NCBI GenBank assembly: GCA_038244685.1
Contig: JBBRTD010000001.1
Span: forward strand, 2,339 to 66,338
Reading direction: 5' to 3'
Source of the DNA: Minisyncoccia bacterium
Lineage (GTDB): Bacteria > Patescibacteriota > Minisyncoccia > Phycocordibacterales > UBA9973
Length of the DNA: 64,000 bases
Shown here: in pieces, positions 56,030 to 64,000 of the stretch
Numbering within the stretch: position 1 is the stretch's first letter
How the letters are laid out: every line of letters begins with the position of its first letter
Notes under the pieces: generated by a model
The model's input: only the letters and a program-made list of their open reading frames with translations
Database searches by the model: none
What the model was told of the DNA's origin: nothing
Position numbers and translations under genes: made by a program

Positions 56030-57097
56030 TTATGAATTACGAGCCAGAATTTTCTTATTCTCTATATCATCTAAAAATTCAAATAAGCAAACTGCAAATG
56101 GTATAGCCAATATAACTCCCCAGAAATTTGCTAATTGCCAACCAATAATAATAGATAGAATTATGACTAGTGGAGATATTCCTATTACTTTCTTAATAAC
56201 CAACGGATAAATTAAATAGTTTTCAAATTGATGCAAAATAAAATATAAGCCGAGAGTTAACATTACTAGTGTAACCCCACCATCTAAGAAAGAAAATATT
56301 ATCGCTGGGATAACGGCAATATAAATTCCAAAAGGAATAAGCTCAAACAAAGCAGTAATAATAGCTAAAACTAATGAATATTTTACACCAAGAATTGTAA
56401 GGCCTAGATAAGTAAGAATACCCATAATAAGACCTATTAACATCTGCCCCTGTATCCAAAGGCCAATCTTGCGTTCTGTTCGCTGCCACAAATCAATAAT
56501 ATATTCTTCACTTTTGTCAGGAATAATAACTCGAAGAAAATTTTCAATTCCCTTCTCCTTAATAGAAAGATAAAATGAAATTATTATAATTAAAATTAAG
56601 TTAAATAAACCTCCGAAGGCTTGTCCAAAAATATCAAACAATCCACCAGACAGACTTCGAGCTAAGCTCTCCGTACTTTTAATTAAATCTCCAATTGATC
56701 CATTGGCCGATATCGTGTTTACAACTCCCTTTGCTCCAGAAATTGCATCAGGCTGGAAAGTATTTAAAATACTACTATCTGGGATATATTGACTAAGTGA
56801 AGCCACAAGAGCCGACATTTCATTTATGAAAACAGGAATAAAGACAGAAGATAAGCCAATTAAAGCAGAAAAGGATATTGTGTAAATCAAGAAAACAGAA
56901 AAAATTCGGTTTTTAATGTATTTTTTGAGTTTTCGAATGGCCGATTCAACAAAAGAAGCTATCACGATTGAAGTTAAAACGATAAGTACTATATTTATAA
57001 GCTTAACAAAAGCAAAAACCAAAAAACCTATAAGTAAAATTCGAACAAGGGTACTAGTAGAAACATTGACGTTCACATTTTGGGGGTGATCATTCAT
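56030..57097 (-). CDS. AI-2E family transporter
   Basis: WIQGQ, ELIP..G, QFENYLIYP, GVILAIP. Confidence 0.9.
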   Translation of the reverse strand: MNDHPQNVNVNVSTSTLVRILLIGFLVFAFVKLINIVLIVLTSIVIASFVESAIRKLKKYIKNRIFSVFLIYTISFSALIGLSSVFIPVFINEMSALVASLSQYIPDSSILNTFQPDAISGAKGVVNTISANGSIGDLIKSTESLARSLSGGLFDIFGQAFGGLFNLILIIIISFYLSIKEKGIENFLRVIIPDKSEEYIIDLWQRTERKIGLWIQGQMLIGLIMGILTYLGLTILGVKYSLVLAIITALFELIPFGIYIAVIPAIIFSFLDGGVTLVMLTLGLYFILHQFENYLIYPLVIKKVIGISPLVIILSIIIGWQLANFWGVILAIPFAVCLFEFLDDIENKKILARNS

Positions 57098-57131
57098 ATA
57101 TTTTATAATAACACAATTATTGGGGCATTAC

Positions 57132-58403
57132 CTAGAACTTCAAAATATCAACAAACTCGGCATTATCTTTATATGGACCAATGATAGCAAGATTTAAATT
57201 CTTAGTTTTAAAAATTAATTTAGCCATTTTGGAAATTTCTTCGGGTGTTACTTTATTTATATCCTTTATTTTTTCCTCTAATGTTTTTATCTCATTTTTC
57301 ATTAACTCTTGGCCGCCATAAAAGTTTGCAATATCATCTGTGGCTTCAAGAGACATCTTCATATTCCCTATTATTAATGATTTTACTTTATTTAATTCTT
57401 CTTTACTTACCTTTTTAGATATAAGAGCATTGCATTCTTTTAAAATTTCTTTAATAACTTCTTTTGTTCTCACATTATTAACACCCGCAGATATTTGGAA
57501 TGCTCCATGGTCAAGCGACGGGTCATTATAGGCTCTTACATAATAAGCCACACCCATTTCCTCTCGAAGTTTAATAAACAATCTTGAGCTCATGCCAGCA
57601 CCTAATACTCCTCCTAACATTGAGAGAGCTGTATTTCTTTTATCAAAAACATCAAAAGATCGAACACCGAGAACGAAATGTGTCTGGTCTGTTTCTTTAT
57701 ATTTAACTAGAACATTTGGATTAACTTGTCCTTCTTTTGTTTTTACTTTCTTAACTTTTATTGTTTCTTTAATATTACCAAAATATTTTGTTACCTCTTT
57801 TGAGACTTCATCGCTTGTCACATTTCCTGCGACAATTACAACTGTATTTGAAGCTACATAATGACTTTTCTTGTAGTCTACAAAATTGCCCCTATTCATA
57901 TTATTTATATTTTCTTTTGTACCGATAATACTCCAACCAGAAGGTTGATCACCATACAAAACCTTATCAAAAAGATCTTGAACATGACTAGCTGGCATAT
58001 CTTCATACATATTTAACTCTTCGATTATTACTCCTTTTTCTTTCTGCATTTCAACTTCTGGAAAGGTAGAATTAAGATAAACATCTGAGACAATATCAAA
58101 AATTTGTTTAAAATTCTTTGAATCTCCCTTGGCGTAGTAACCTGTATACTCATGACTAGTAAATGCATTTGACTGACAACCCAAAGCATCTAATTCATAA
58201 GATATAGCCTGAGCTGATGGGCGCTTTGTTGTACCCTTAAAGCACATATGCTCAAGGAAGTGCGAAATACCATTAATTTCTTTAGTCTCGTAATTACTTC
58301 CTGTTCCTACAAGAACAAGGACCGTTACTGTCGGATTATCCTTCATCGGTATTGTTATAACTCTTAGTCCATTTTTATAGGTTTTTTTATTGGCTTTTAA
58401 CAT
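57132..58403 (-). CDS. M16 (pitrilysin) family zinc peptidase
   Basis: GISHFLEHMCFKGT (HxxEH), NAFTS, SSRLF..LRE. Confidence 0.95.
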   Translation of the reverse strand: MLKANKKTYKNGLRVITIPMKDNPTVTVLVLVGTGSNYETKEINGISHFLEHMCFKGTTKRPSAQAISYELDALGCQSNAFTSHEYTGYYAKGDSKNFKQIFDIVSDVYLNSTFPEVEMQKEKGVIIEELNMYEDMPASHVQDLFDKVLYGDQPSGWSIIGTKENINNMNRGNFVDYKKSHYVASNTVVIVAGNVTSDEVSKEVTKYFGNIKETIKVKKVKTKEGQVNPNVLVKYKETDQTHFVLGVRSFDVFDKRNTALSMLGGVLGAGMSSRLFIKLREEMGVAYYVRAYNDPSLDHGAFQISAGVNNVRTKEVIKEILKECNALISKKVSKEELNKVKSLIIGNMKMSLEATDDIANFYGGQELMKNEIKTLEEKIKDINKVTPEEISKMAKLIFKTKNLNLAIIGPYKDNAEFVDILKF

Positions 58404-58437
58404 AATTTACCCATTTTACCATATTTTTAAGTATTAA

Positions 58438-58483
58438 AATATAATAAAAAATACCCTAAATTTAGGGTATTTTTTATTATATT
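58438..58483. terminator. Perfect 46-bp palindrome, terminator after glyQS
   Basis: aatataataaaaaataccctaaa|tttagggtattttttattatatt. Confidence 0.75.
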
Positions 58484-59780
58484 AATTTATTCTTTCTTTT
58501 ATATAAGCAATAATATCATCTTTTTTAACCCGCACTTGCTGACCAGTATCACGATCGCGGATTGTTACAGAATCATCGGTCAAAGTATCAAAATCAATAA
58601 CAATACACCAGGGTGTTCCAATCTCGTCTTGCCTTCGGTAACGTTTACCGATATTACCATTATCATCCCACATGACACGTCCAAATTCATCCTTAAGTGA
58701 ACGATAAACTAAATGAGCATAATCACGAAGCTCAGCTTTATTTTTTAATAATGGAGAAACAGCACAAATAATTGGTGCTACTGATGGATTAAAAGATAAA
58801 TAAGGTCTAACTTCTTCTCCACTAGAATCTTCCTTGTAAGAACTTAGCATTAAAGCAAGGAATGTTCTTTCAACTCCAAAAGAAGGTTCAATCACATGAG
58901 GAACAATTCTATTATTTGTTTCTTCATCTTGATAAGTAAGATTATGTTTCTTTAAATCAAAATCTGTTCGGTAAGCTAATCCATAAAGTTCTTTTAATCC
59001 AAAAGGAAAATCAAATTCGAAATCGATTGTACGTTTTGAATAATGAGCCAAATCTTCTCCATCAACTTCTAGTTCATGAACTTTATTCATGTCTATCCCC
59101 ATAGATTCCATCCATACGAGCATTTCACTTTTCCAGTATTCAAAATATTTTTGCCAATCTTCCTCTTTTATAAAATATTCAATTTCCATTTGTTCAATTT
59201 CACGAACACGAAAAATAAAGTCGCGAGGTGTAATTTCATTACGAAAAGCCTTTCCAATCTGAGCCAAACCAAATGGCAATTTTGGATGAAAAGAGTCAAC
59301 AACATTTTTGAAATTTACAAACATTCCTTGCGCTGTCTCTGGACGAAGGTAAACAGTAGCCGAAGAATCTTCCACTGCTCCAATTTGAGTTTTAAACATC
59401 ATATTAAATTGGCGAGCTTCACCCGTCACTCCTCCACAGTCATCACAAATACCTTTTTCTTTTAAAGTATCTTCTCTAAAACGTTTTTTGCATTTTGTAC
59501 ATTCAACAAGAGGATCAGTAAAAGTATCAACATGCCCAGACGCTTTCCAGACAGCACTATTCATAAGAATAGCAGCATCTACTCCATACATATCGATACG
59601 GGAATCAACAAATTTCTTCCACCATAAGTTTTTTATATTATTCTTTAGTGCTACTCCAAGTGGACCATAATCAAAAGTTCCAGCTAGTCCCCCGTAAATA
59701 TCTGACCCTGGATAGACAAATCCCCTTCTTTTGCAAAGCGATATAATCTTCTCCATTAATTTGTCATCTTTTTCTTGCAT
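58482..59780 (-). CDS. glyQS: Glycine--tRNA ligase, alpha2 type
   Basis: KRRGF, DYGPLG, LRPETAQG, FRNEITP, VIEPSFG, IGKRYRRQDEIGTP. Confidence 0.97.
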   Translation of the reverse strand: MQEKDDKLMEKIISLCKRRGFVYPGSDIYGGLAGTFDYGPLGVALKNNIKNLWWKKFVDSRIDMYGVDAAILMNSAVWKASGHVDTFTDPLVECTKCKKRFREDTLKEKGICDDCGGVTGEARQFNMMFKTQIGAVEDSSATVYLRPETAQGMFVNFKNVVDSFHPKLPFGLAQIGKAFRNEITPRDFIFRVREIEQMEIEYFIKEEDWQKYFEYWKSEMLVWMESMGIDMNKVHELEVDGEDLAHYSKRTIDFEFDFPFGLKELYGLAYRTDFDLKKHNLTYQDEETNNRIVPHVIEPSFGVERTFLALMLSSYKEDSSGEEVRPYLSFNPSVAPIICAVSPLLKNKAELRDYAHLVYRSLKDEFGRVMWDDNGNIGKRYRRQDEIGTPWCIVIDFDTLTDDSVTIRDRDTGQQVRVKKDDIIAYIKERIN

Positions 59781-59809
59781 TTGATTATTGTGATTAATTT
59801 TTAATATAT

Positions 59810-61678
59810 CTATTGTATAACACGTTCGAAGCCAGAACGGAAATTTGGATCATCGGTAAGCAAGGTATTAATAGGACCTCGTTTACTCTTAACATCACTA
59901 CCTGTGAAGACATCAGTTCCTGATAAGAATAAATCTTTCATCAACTGAGGAATACTACCGATTTGTGATATTGAAGGATTAAGAGCGATTGTGAAAGTAG
60001 CTTCGCGATTATAGCTTCCGCCTGTATTAGCACGAACAGAACCTATATTCCAAATTACTTCACGAGTCGCATCATTATAAGTTACATTCTCTTTTGGAGA
60101 AGCTGAAGCTACCCACTTAACATATATCGGCAATGCGGCTCTTGCAACAGCTCCTGATATCGCATTTGTTGAATTTGATAATGTCCAAGTAACATTATAT
60201 TTTGTTTCAGATTCTGCTTTTGGAGGAAATGATCCAGCCTTATAGGAAGCAGAAGATGCAATTTGAAAATCTGATAAAATCTTAACAACTTTTTTAGAAA
60301 AATTATTTACATCAGTAAAGGTTGAACCCAAAGATGGCTGACGTCCTTTAATACTTACATCAAAAGTAATTTGTGGATCTTTTATTGAGCTCTGTGATCC
60401 TAATAATGATATAGATTTAAGACTGAAGTTAACTTCCCCTTTTTCTCCTGGTTCAATATTTTCTAAATCTGGAATAGAATTCTTATCCCAAATAATTCTA
60501 TTATTTAATGAATCAAAGAATCCTTGAGACGAAAGAATTGAAGAGCGATCAAAAGCATTACCGCCAATATTCACAATTATTTCTCCATCTGTAATTTTAG
60601 TAGAAAGATTATTTGCCCAAGCAATTCGTACATTCATATTTTCTCCAGATGAAGCAGTATCATCTACCAAAACATTAGCCTCGATAAATGGTTTAATAAT
60701 TGTAACCGTATGAATTAGTGAATTATAAACTACATTTATGGTAGATTTATCGTCTGGCTTAGTTGTCCCAGTATATACATGAAATACTTGTTGGTCTTGA
60801 TCTTGTCCAACGATTCTACCCTTAACGACGACAGACACAGGCTTGGTAATACTCAAAGTATCTAACCTCCACATTGAATTTCCAAATGACGGCTCAGGAA
60901 CTGCACTTTCGTAAATAAAATTATTTGGGTATGTTAACTGCATCATCGTATCACCTTCTGGAAGTGTAGTATTCAAGGTTGCTTTAACAGTGAAAGATAC
61001 AGGTTGGTCAGAAGTCACTGTATCGGGAGCATCAATAGACAAAGAAAGTGGAGCTGAACTTATATTCACAACATATTCTTTTTCTTTTGTGAAAATAGCA
61101 TTTGAACTTTCAGGGTGGTACTCTAGGCTAATTTTTATATTACGATTTGATCTCTCATCACCAAAAAGGACAACCTTAATGTTTTTTGTAATTGTTTCTC
61201 CTGGTTTAATTGTACCAATAGTAATACGAGGAAGACGAATATAATCAGCGACATTATCACTCGCACCATTTGGATAAGAAATTAATAAATTGGCAAGCTC
61301 AAGTCCAGCTTTATTGCGATTGGCAATTTCAATCTGTAAGGGTAATTCCTCTCCGCCTTTCGTAAATGCATTACCGATAACTGTAATATCTATATTGTCA
61401 CTAGAAACAGAAGAACTATTTGTAGAAAACATATACAAAGCTACTCCTATGGCTATAAAGAAAAATATAATTGAAACTATAAAAAATTTTTTAAATATTG
61501 ATGTTGGAGGTTTTTTCATATCTTCCGTAGGGTCAGTCTCCTCTTCATGTTTCCAGTCTGAATCAACCTTATGATTAATAATATGTAGAATCCCTTCTTT
61601 CGTTCTATGGGTAACATTATCTTCGTGGTCATATAAACGACGCTTAATATCTTCAATTTTGTGATCATTTTCTAACAT
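59810..61678 (-). CDS. Membrane-anchored protein with multiple Ig-like beta-sandwich domains
   Basis: Single TM near aa 65-85, then repeated beta-rich domains (W...IxPGE motifs). Start moved to 61678. Confidence 0.7.
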   Translation of the reverse strand: MLENDHKIEDIKRRLYDHEDNVTHRTKEGILHIINHKVDSDWKHEEETDPTEDMKKPPTSIFKKFFIVSIIFFFIAIGVALYMFSTNSSSVSSDNIDITVIGNAFTKGGEELPLQIEIANRNKAGLELANLLISYPNGASDNVADYIRLPRITIGTIKPGETITKNIKVVLFGDERSNRNIKISLEYHPESSNAIFTKEKEYVVNISSAPLSLSIDAPDTVTSDQPVSFTVKATLNTTLPEGDTMMQLTYPNNFIYESAVPEPSFGNSMWRLDTLSITKPVSVVVKGRIVGQDQDQQVFHVYTGTTKPDDKSTINVVYNSLIHTVTIIKPFIEANVLVDDTASSGENMNVRIAWANNLSTKITDGEIIVNIGGNAFDRSSILSSQGFFDSLNNRIIWDKNSIPDLENIEPGEKGEVNFSLKSISLLGSQSSIKDPQITFDVSIKGRQPSLGSTFTDVNNFSKKVVKILSDFQIASSASYKAGSFPPKAESETKYNVTWTLSNSTNAISGAVARAALPIYVKWVASASPKENVTYNDATREVIWNIGSVRANTGGSYNREATFTIALNPSISQIGSIPQLMKDLFLSGTDVFTGSDVKSKRGPINTLLTDDPNFRSGFERVIQ

Positions 61679-61702
61679 GGAAATATTATACCACAATAAT
61701 TA

Positions 61703-62287
61703 TTAAAGTTGGCTTTCATTTAAGGCTTTATTTATGTGAGATATTATTGATTGTTTCTCTTTTAAAAGTAACTCTGTTTTGGTAAAATTTATTTCCCCAC
61801 CTAAATATTCTAATAGCATACTAGACTCTCCTATATAGCCCAAAGAATTCATTATTCTTAAAACCAAATGTAGTTCGAGCGCTTCTCTTGATGAATCTTC
61901 TATATTAGTGTCATCTAGCAAATAAAGAGCTTGCACAAAATCATCAAATATTTTTTCGTTTGATTCTTCTCCGTCACAAAGTCTTTCTAAGAGTAGACTA
62001 ACACGAGCAATAAGAAGTAATGATTCCTTTGAAGATCTAGCAAAAGGAAAAGAGGTAATATTTTTTGCTGAAGTTATTCTCCATATATCCTTACCTCTCA
62101 CAAAATCAACGTTAGCATATGAAAAATCCTGTAAAGCAAAACGAAGTTTTGATTTACCCAACCTTACTCCTTGAACCATGGCACGGACAAGACCCATCTC
62201 ACGAGTATAAACTGTGAGCATTTTATTCGCTTCTCCTTTATTCCTAGAGCTTAAAATAAACCCATGTGTATGGTAAATGTGATGCAT
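61703..62287 (-). CDS. recO: DNA repair protein RecO (short)
   Basis: GFILS...GEAN...YTREMGLV...QGVR..KSKL. Confidence 0.88.
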   Translation of the reverse strand: MHHIYHTHGFILSSRNKGEANKMLTVYTREMGLVRAMVQGVRLGKSKLRFALQDFSYANVDFVRGKDIWRITSAKNITSFPFARSSKESLLLIARVSLLLERLCDGEESNEKIFDDFVQALYLLDDTNIEDSSREALELHLVLRIMNSLGYIGESSMLLEYLGGEINFTKTELLLKEKQSIISHINKALNESQL

Positions 62288-62925
62288 TATATTTCTTCTT
62301 CTTTACCTATTTCTAATTTAACAAAATTAATATTTTCATCTTTTAAAAGTTTTTCTGGAATTTTCCATATAAAAGTTGCGAAGTCCTGCATAATAGCATC
62401 GTGTATAGGGAAGCAAACTCTTGGTCTAATATTTTTAGCAAAATCTATGGCATCTTTTATTTTCATCCAAGGACCAGCTACTGGTAGTGCAAGGATATCA
62501 ACATCTGCATCTGGGTAATTAAAAGAGTCCCCCGCGTAACATAAATTATCTATCATATAACCCGTATTCTGCACTGACCCAAAGGTCTCATATATTTCAG
62601 CATGAGTATTACCAAAACCGATAATATTCACCCCTTCAATATTATATCTATCCCCCTCTTCAATTTTTATGTATGAGATACCGTTAGCCTCAAGAATTTG
62701 CCCAACTGCTGTATTTGTTATTACAATCGCTTCTGAATTATTTTTTAAAATATCTTTCAGAGAATCAACATGGAGGTGATCTTGATGCTCATGAGTAATC
62801 AGTACTGCATTAATATTTTTTTCCACAATTTGAAGTATAGAAAAAGCACCAGGGTCAGTCATAATACGAACCCCTTTCTTTGGCTCGACAACGAAGCAAC
62901 AATGGCCTATCTTCTTTATCTTCAT
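62287..62925 (-). CDS. MBL-fold metallo-hydrolase
   Basis: GHCCF, DPG, THEHQDH, GDS, PIHD. Confidence 0.9.
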   Translation of the reverse strand: MKIKKIGHCCFVVEPKKGVRIMTDPGAFSILQIVEKNINAVLITHEHQDHLHVDSLKDILKNNSEAIVITNTAVGQILEANGISYIKIEEGDRYNIEGVNIIGFGNTHAEIYETFGSVQNTGYMIDNLCYAGDSFNYPDADVDILALPVAGPWMKIKDAIDFAKNIRPRVCFPIHDAIMQDFATFIWKIPEKLLKDENINFVKLEIGKEEEI

Positions 62926-62929
62926 TCTT

Positions 62930-63556
62930 CTATTTTAACACATTTTCAATTGTATTAAGTAAGAGCCTTGGGTCATCAATTATTGTAATAGGGCTACCCT
63001 TCTCTAGATTTTCTTTACTGTGAATACCCCAAGTAACACCAATTGAATTAATACCAGATTCATTCGCCTCTAAAATATCCCCCAAGGAATCTGTAATAAA
63101 AACAATATCAGAAGGTAAAATATTATATTTACGGAGAAGACTATTTATTTTAACTGTTTTATTTGAATTAATATCAGCCCCCAAAATATCAGAAAAAATT
63201 TCAGTTATTTTCTCTTTTTCTAGAAATTTATTTATTACTTTTGTTGAGGAAGAAGAAACAATTGTAAGAATATATTTAATCGAGAGTTCTGTAATTGTTT
63301 TATTCAAAATATCACTAATTGTAATATCCTCAATATTCTTAGTATATAAATCATCCCAGTTATCAGGAATAATATAATTATCTTCTGCTACAGCCTTGCC
63401 GATTCCACTTCTAAAATTCCCGTTTGAAAAATCTTGAAATTTTTTCCAAGTTAAACTATTGTTTAGTTTTTTGTGCTCATCAAAAGAAAATTCTAAAGTA
63501 TTAACTAATACTCCATCGAAATCAAATATAACTAATTTCTTGTTTTCTTTATTCAT
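62930..63556 (-). CDS. HAD family hydrolase (Gph-like)
   Basis: FDFDGVL, SS, K, TDSLGD, GVTWG. Confidence 0.9.
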   Translation of the reverse strand: MNKENKKLVIFDFDGVLVNTLEFSFDEHKKLNNSLTWKKFQDFSNGNFRSGIGKAVAEDNYIIPDNWDDLYTKNIEDITISDILNKTITELSIKYILTIVSSSSTKVINKFLEKEKITEIFSDILGADINSNKTVKINSLLRKYNILPSDIVFITDSLGDILEANESGINSIGVTWGIHSKENLEKGSPITIIDDPRLLLNTIENVLK

Positions 63557-63568
63557 AAACCAAGCTGA

Positions 63569-64000
63569 TTATTTAACTATATTTACTGTAAATATTAATT
63601 CATCAATCTTAACTTCAATTCCATTATTTTCTTTAATTTGAACATCCCTTGCGCCTACTGCTTTCAAAAGCTCATTTTTAAATTTATTTATCATTACTTC
63701 TGCCGAAACACCTGTTGCAATTTCAAGACCAATTATATCATTTGGATTGAGCCCTGCTTTCTTTCTCATATCTTGAATAGCTCGGACAAGCTCTCTGTAC
63801 TGCCCTTCTGTTTGTAATTCTTCAGTAATATAAGTATCAAGCTCAACCTTAATTTCATTGCTTTCAATAAATTCAAAACATTTAATATTTAATTCATCTT
63901 TTAAAATATCAAGATATTGATTTGCTAATTTATAACCCAAAATTGTTAATTTATTTAATGGCTGACGAACAGGTATTCCTGCTTTCTGTCTTGACTGTAG
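63569..64000 (-). CDS. ileS: Isoleucine--tRNA ligase C-terminus (type 2; runs off window end)
   Basis: Frame open to the window edge: LQSRQKAGIPVRQPL...ILKDELNIK...LDT.ITEEL..EG..RELVRAIQDMRKKAGL. Confidence 0.88.
   Translation of the reverse strand, partial: LQSRQKAGIPVRQPLNKLTILGYKLANQYLDILKDELNIKCFEFIESNEIKVELDTYITEELQTEGQYRELVRAIQDMRKKAGLNPNDIIGLEIATGVSAEVMINKFKNELLKAVGARDVQIKENNGIEVKIDELIFTVNIVK

Noticed and set aside
460-63641. Many 60-135 aa ORFs antisense to or overlapping real genes (e.g. 2203-2538, 15991-16353, 34789-35112, 39519-39923, 59076-59465)
   Set aside because: Shadow frames of well-supported genes, with no motifs or independent expression signals.
1-64000. Alternative genetic code (UGA=Gly) as in some CPR lineages
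   Set aside because: Conserved genes translate full length under code 11 without internal TGA, and HIT appears to end in TGA.

Overview
AT-rich (roughly one-third GC by eye), gene-dense bacterial chromosome segment that reads normally in code 11. Gene content and order point to Patescibacteria/CPR, probably Parcubacteria (Nomurabacteria-like); this is an inference from the N-terminally short IF2, alpha2-type GlyRS, type-2 IleRS tail, Zn-less short DnaX, ACT-less Rel, secG-oppA-rnj order and near absence of biosynthetic genes. Most of the window is housekeeping: obgE, rmuC, def, mltG, dnaX, dus, ftsQ-like, serS, dprA-topA-rel, parB, clpB, iscS, infB-rbfA, secG, rnj, rpsF-ssb-rpsR, tatD, metG, glyQS, recO and ileS, plus tRNA-Gln, Tyr, Cys and Leu. 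I saw no integrase, transposase, reverse transcriptase or CRISPR array. The items most worth follow-up are: (1) three large secreted proteins ending in peptidoglycan-binding-type tails, two of them tandem paralogues that share a signal peptide, a Cys-linker repeat and the anchor but carry different cargo domains; (2) a structured leader, 34/41 nt identical and ending exactly at the start codon, shared by two unrelated genes 26 kb apart; (3) a 120-nt three-way-junction element between serS and dprA whose stem mismatches all read as G-U pairs on the minus strand; (4) a structured element built from copies of the tRNA-Gln 3' end; (5) a HIT gene exactly bracketed by a 12-bp direct repeat; (6) an unannotated 37-aa acidic gene with its own promoter, palindrome and terminator; and (7) widespread leaderless promoter geometry. 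All family calls come from motif recognition by eye; no searches were run.
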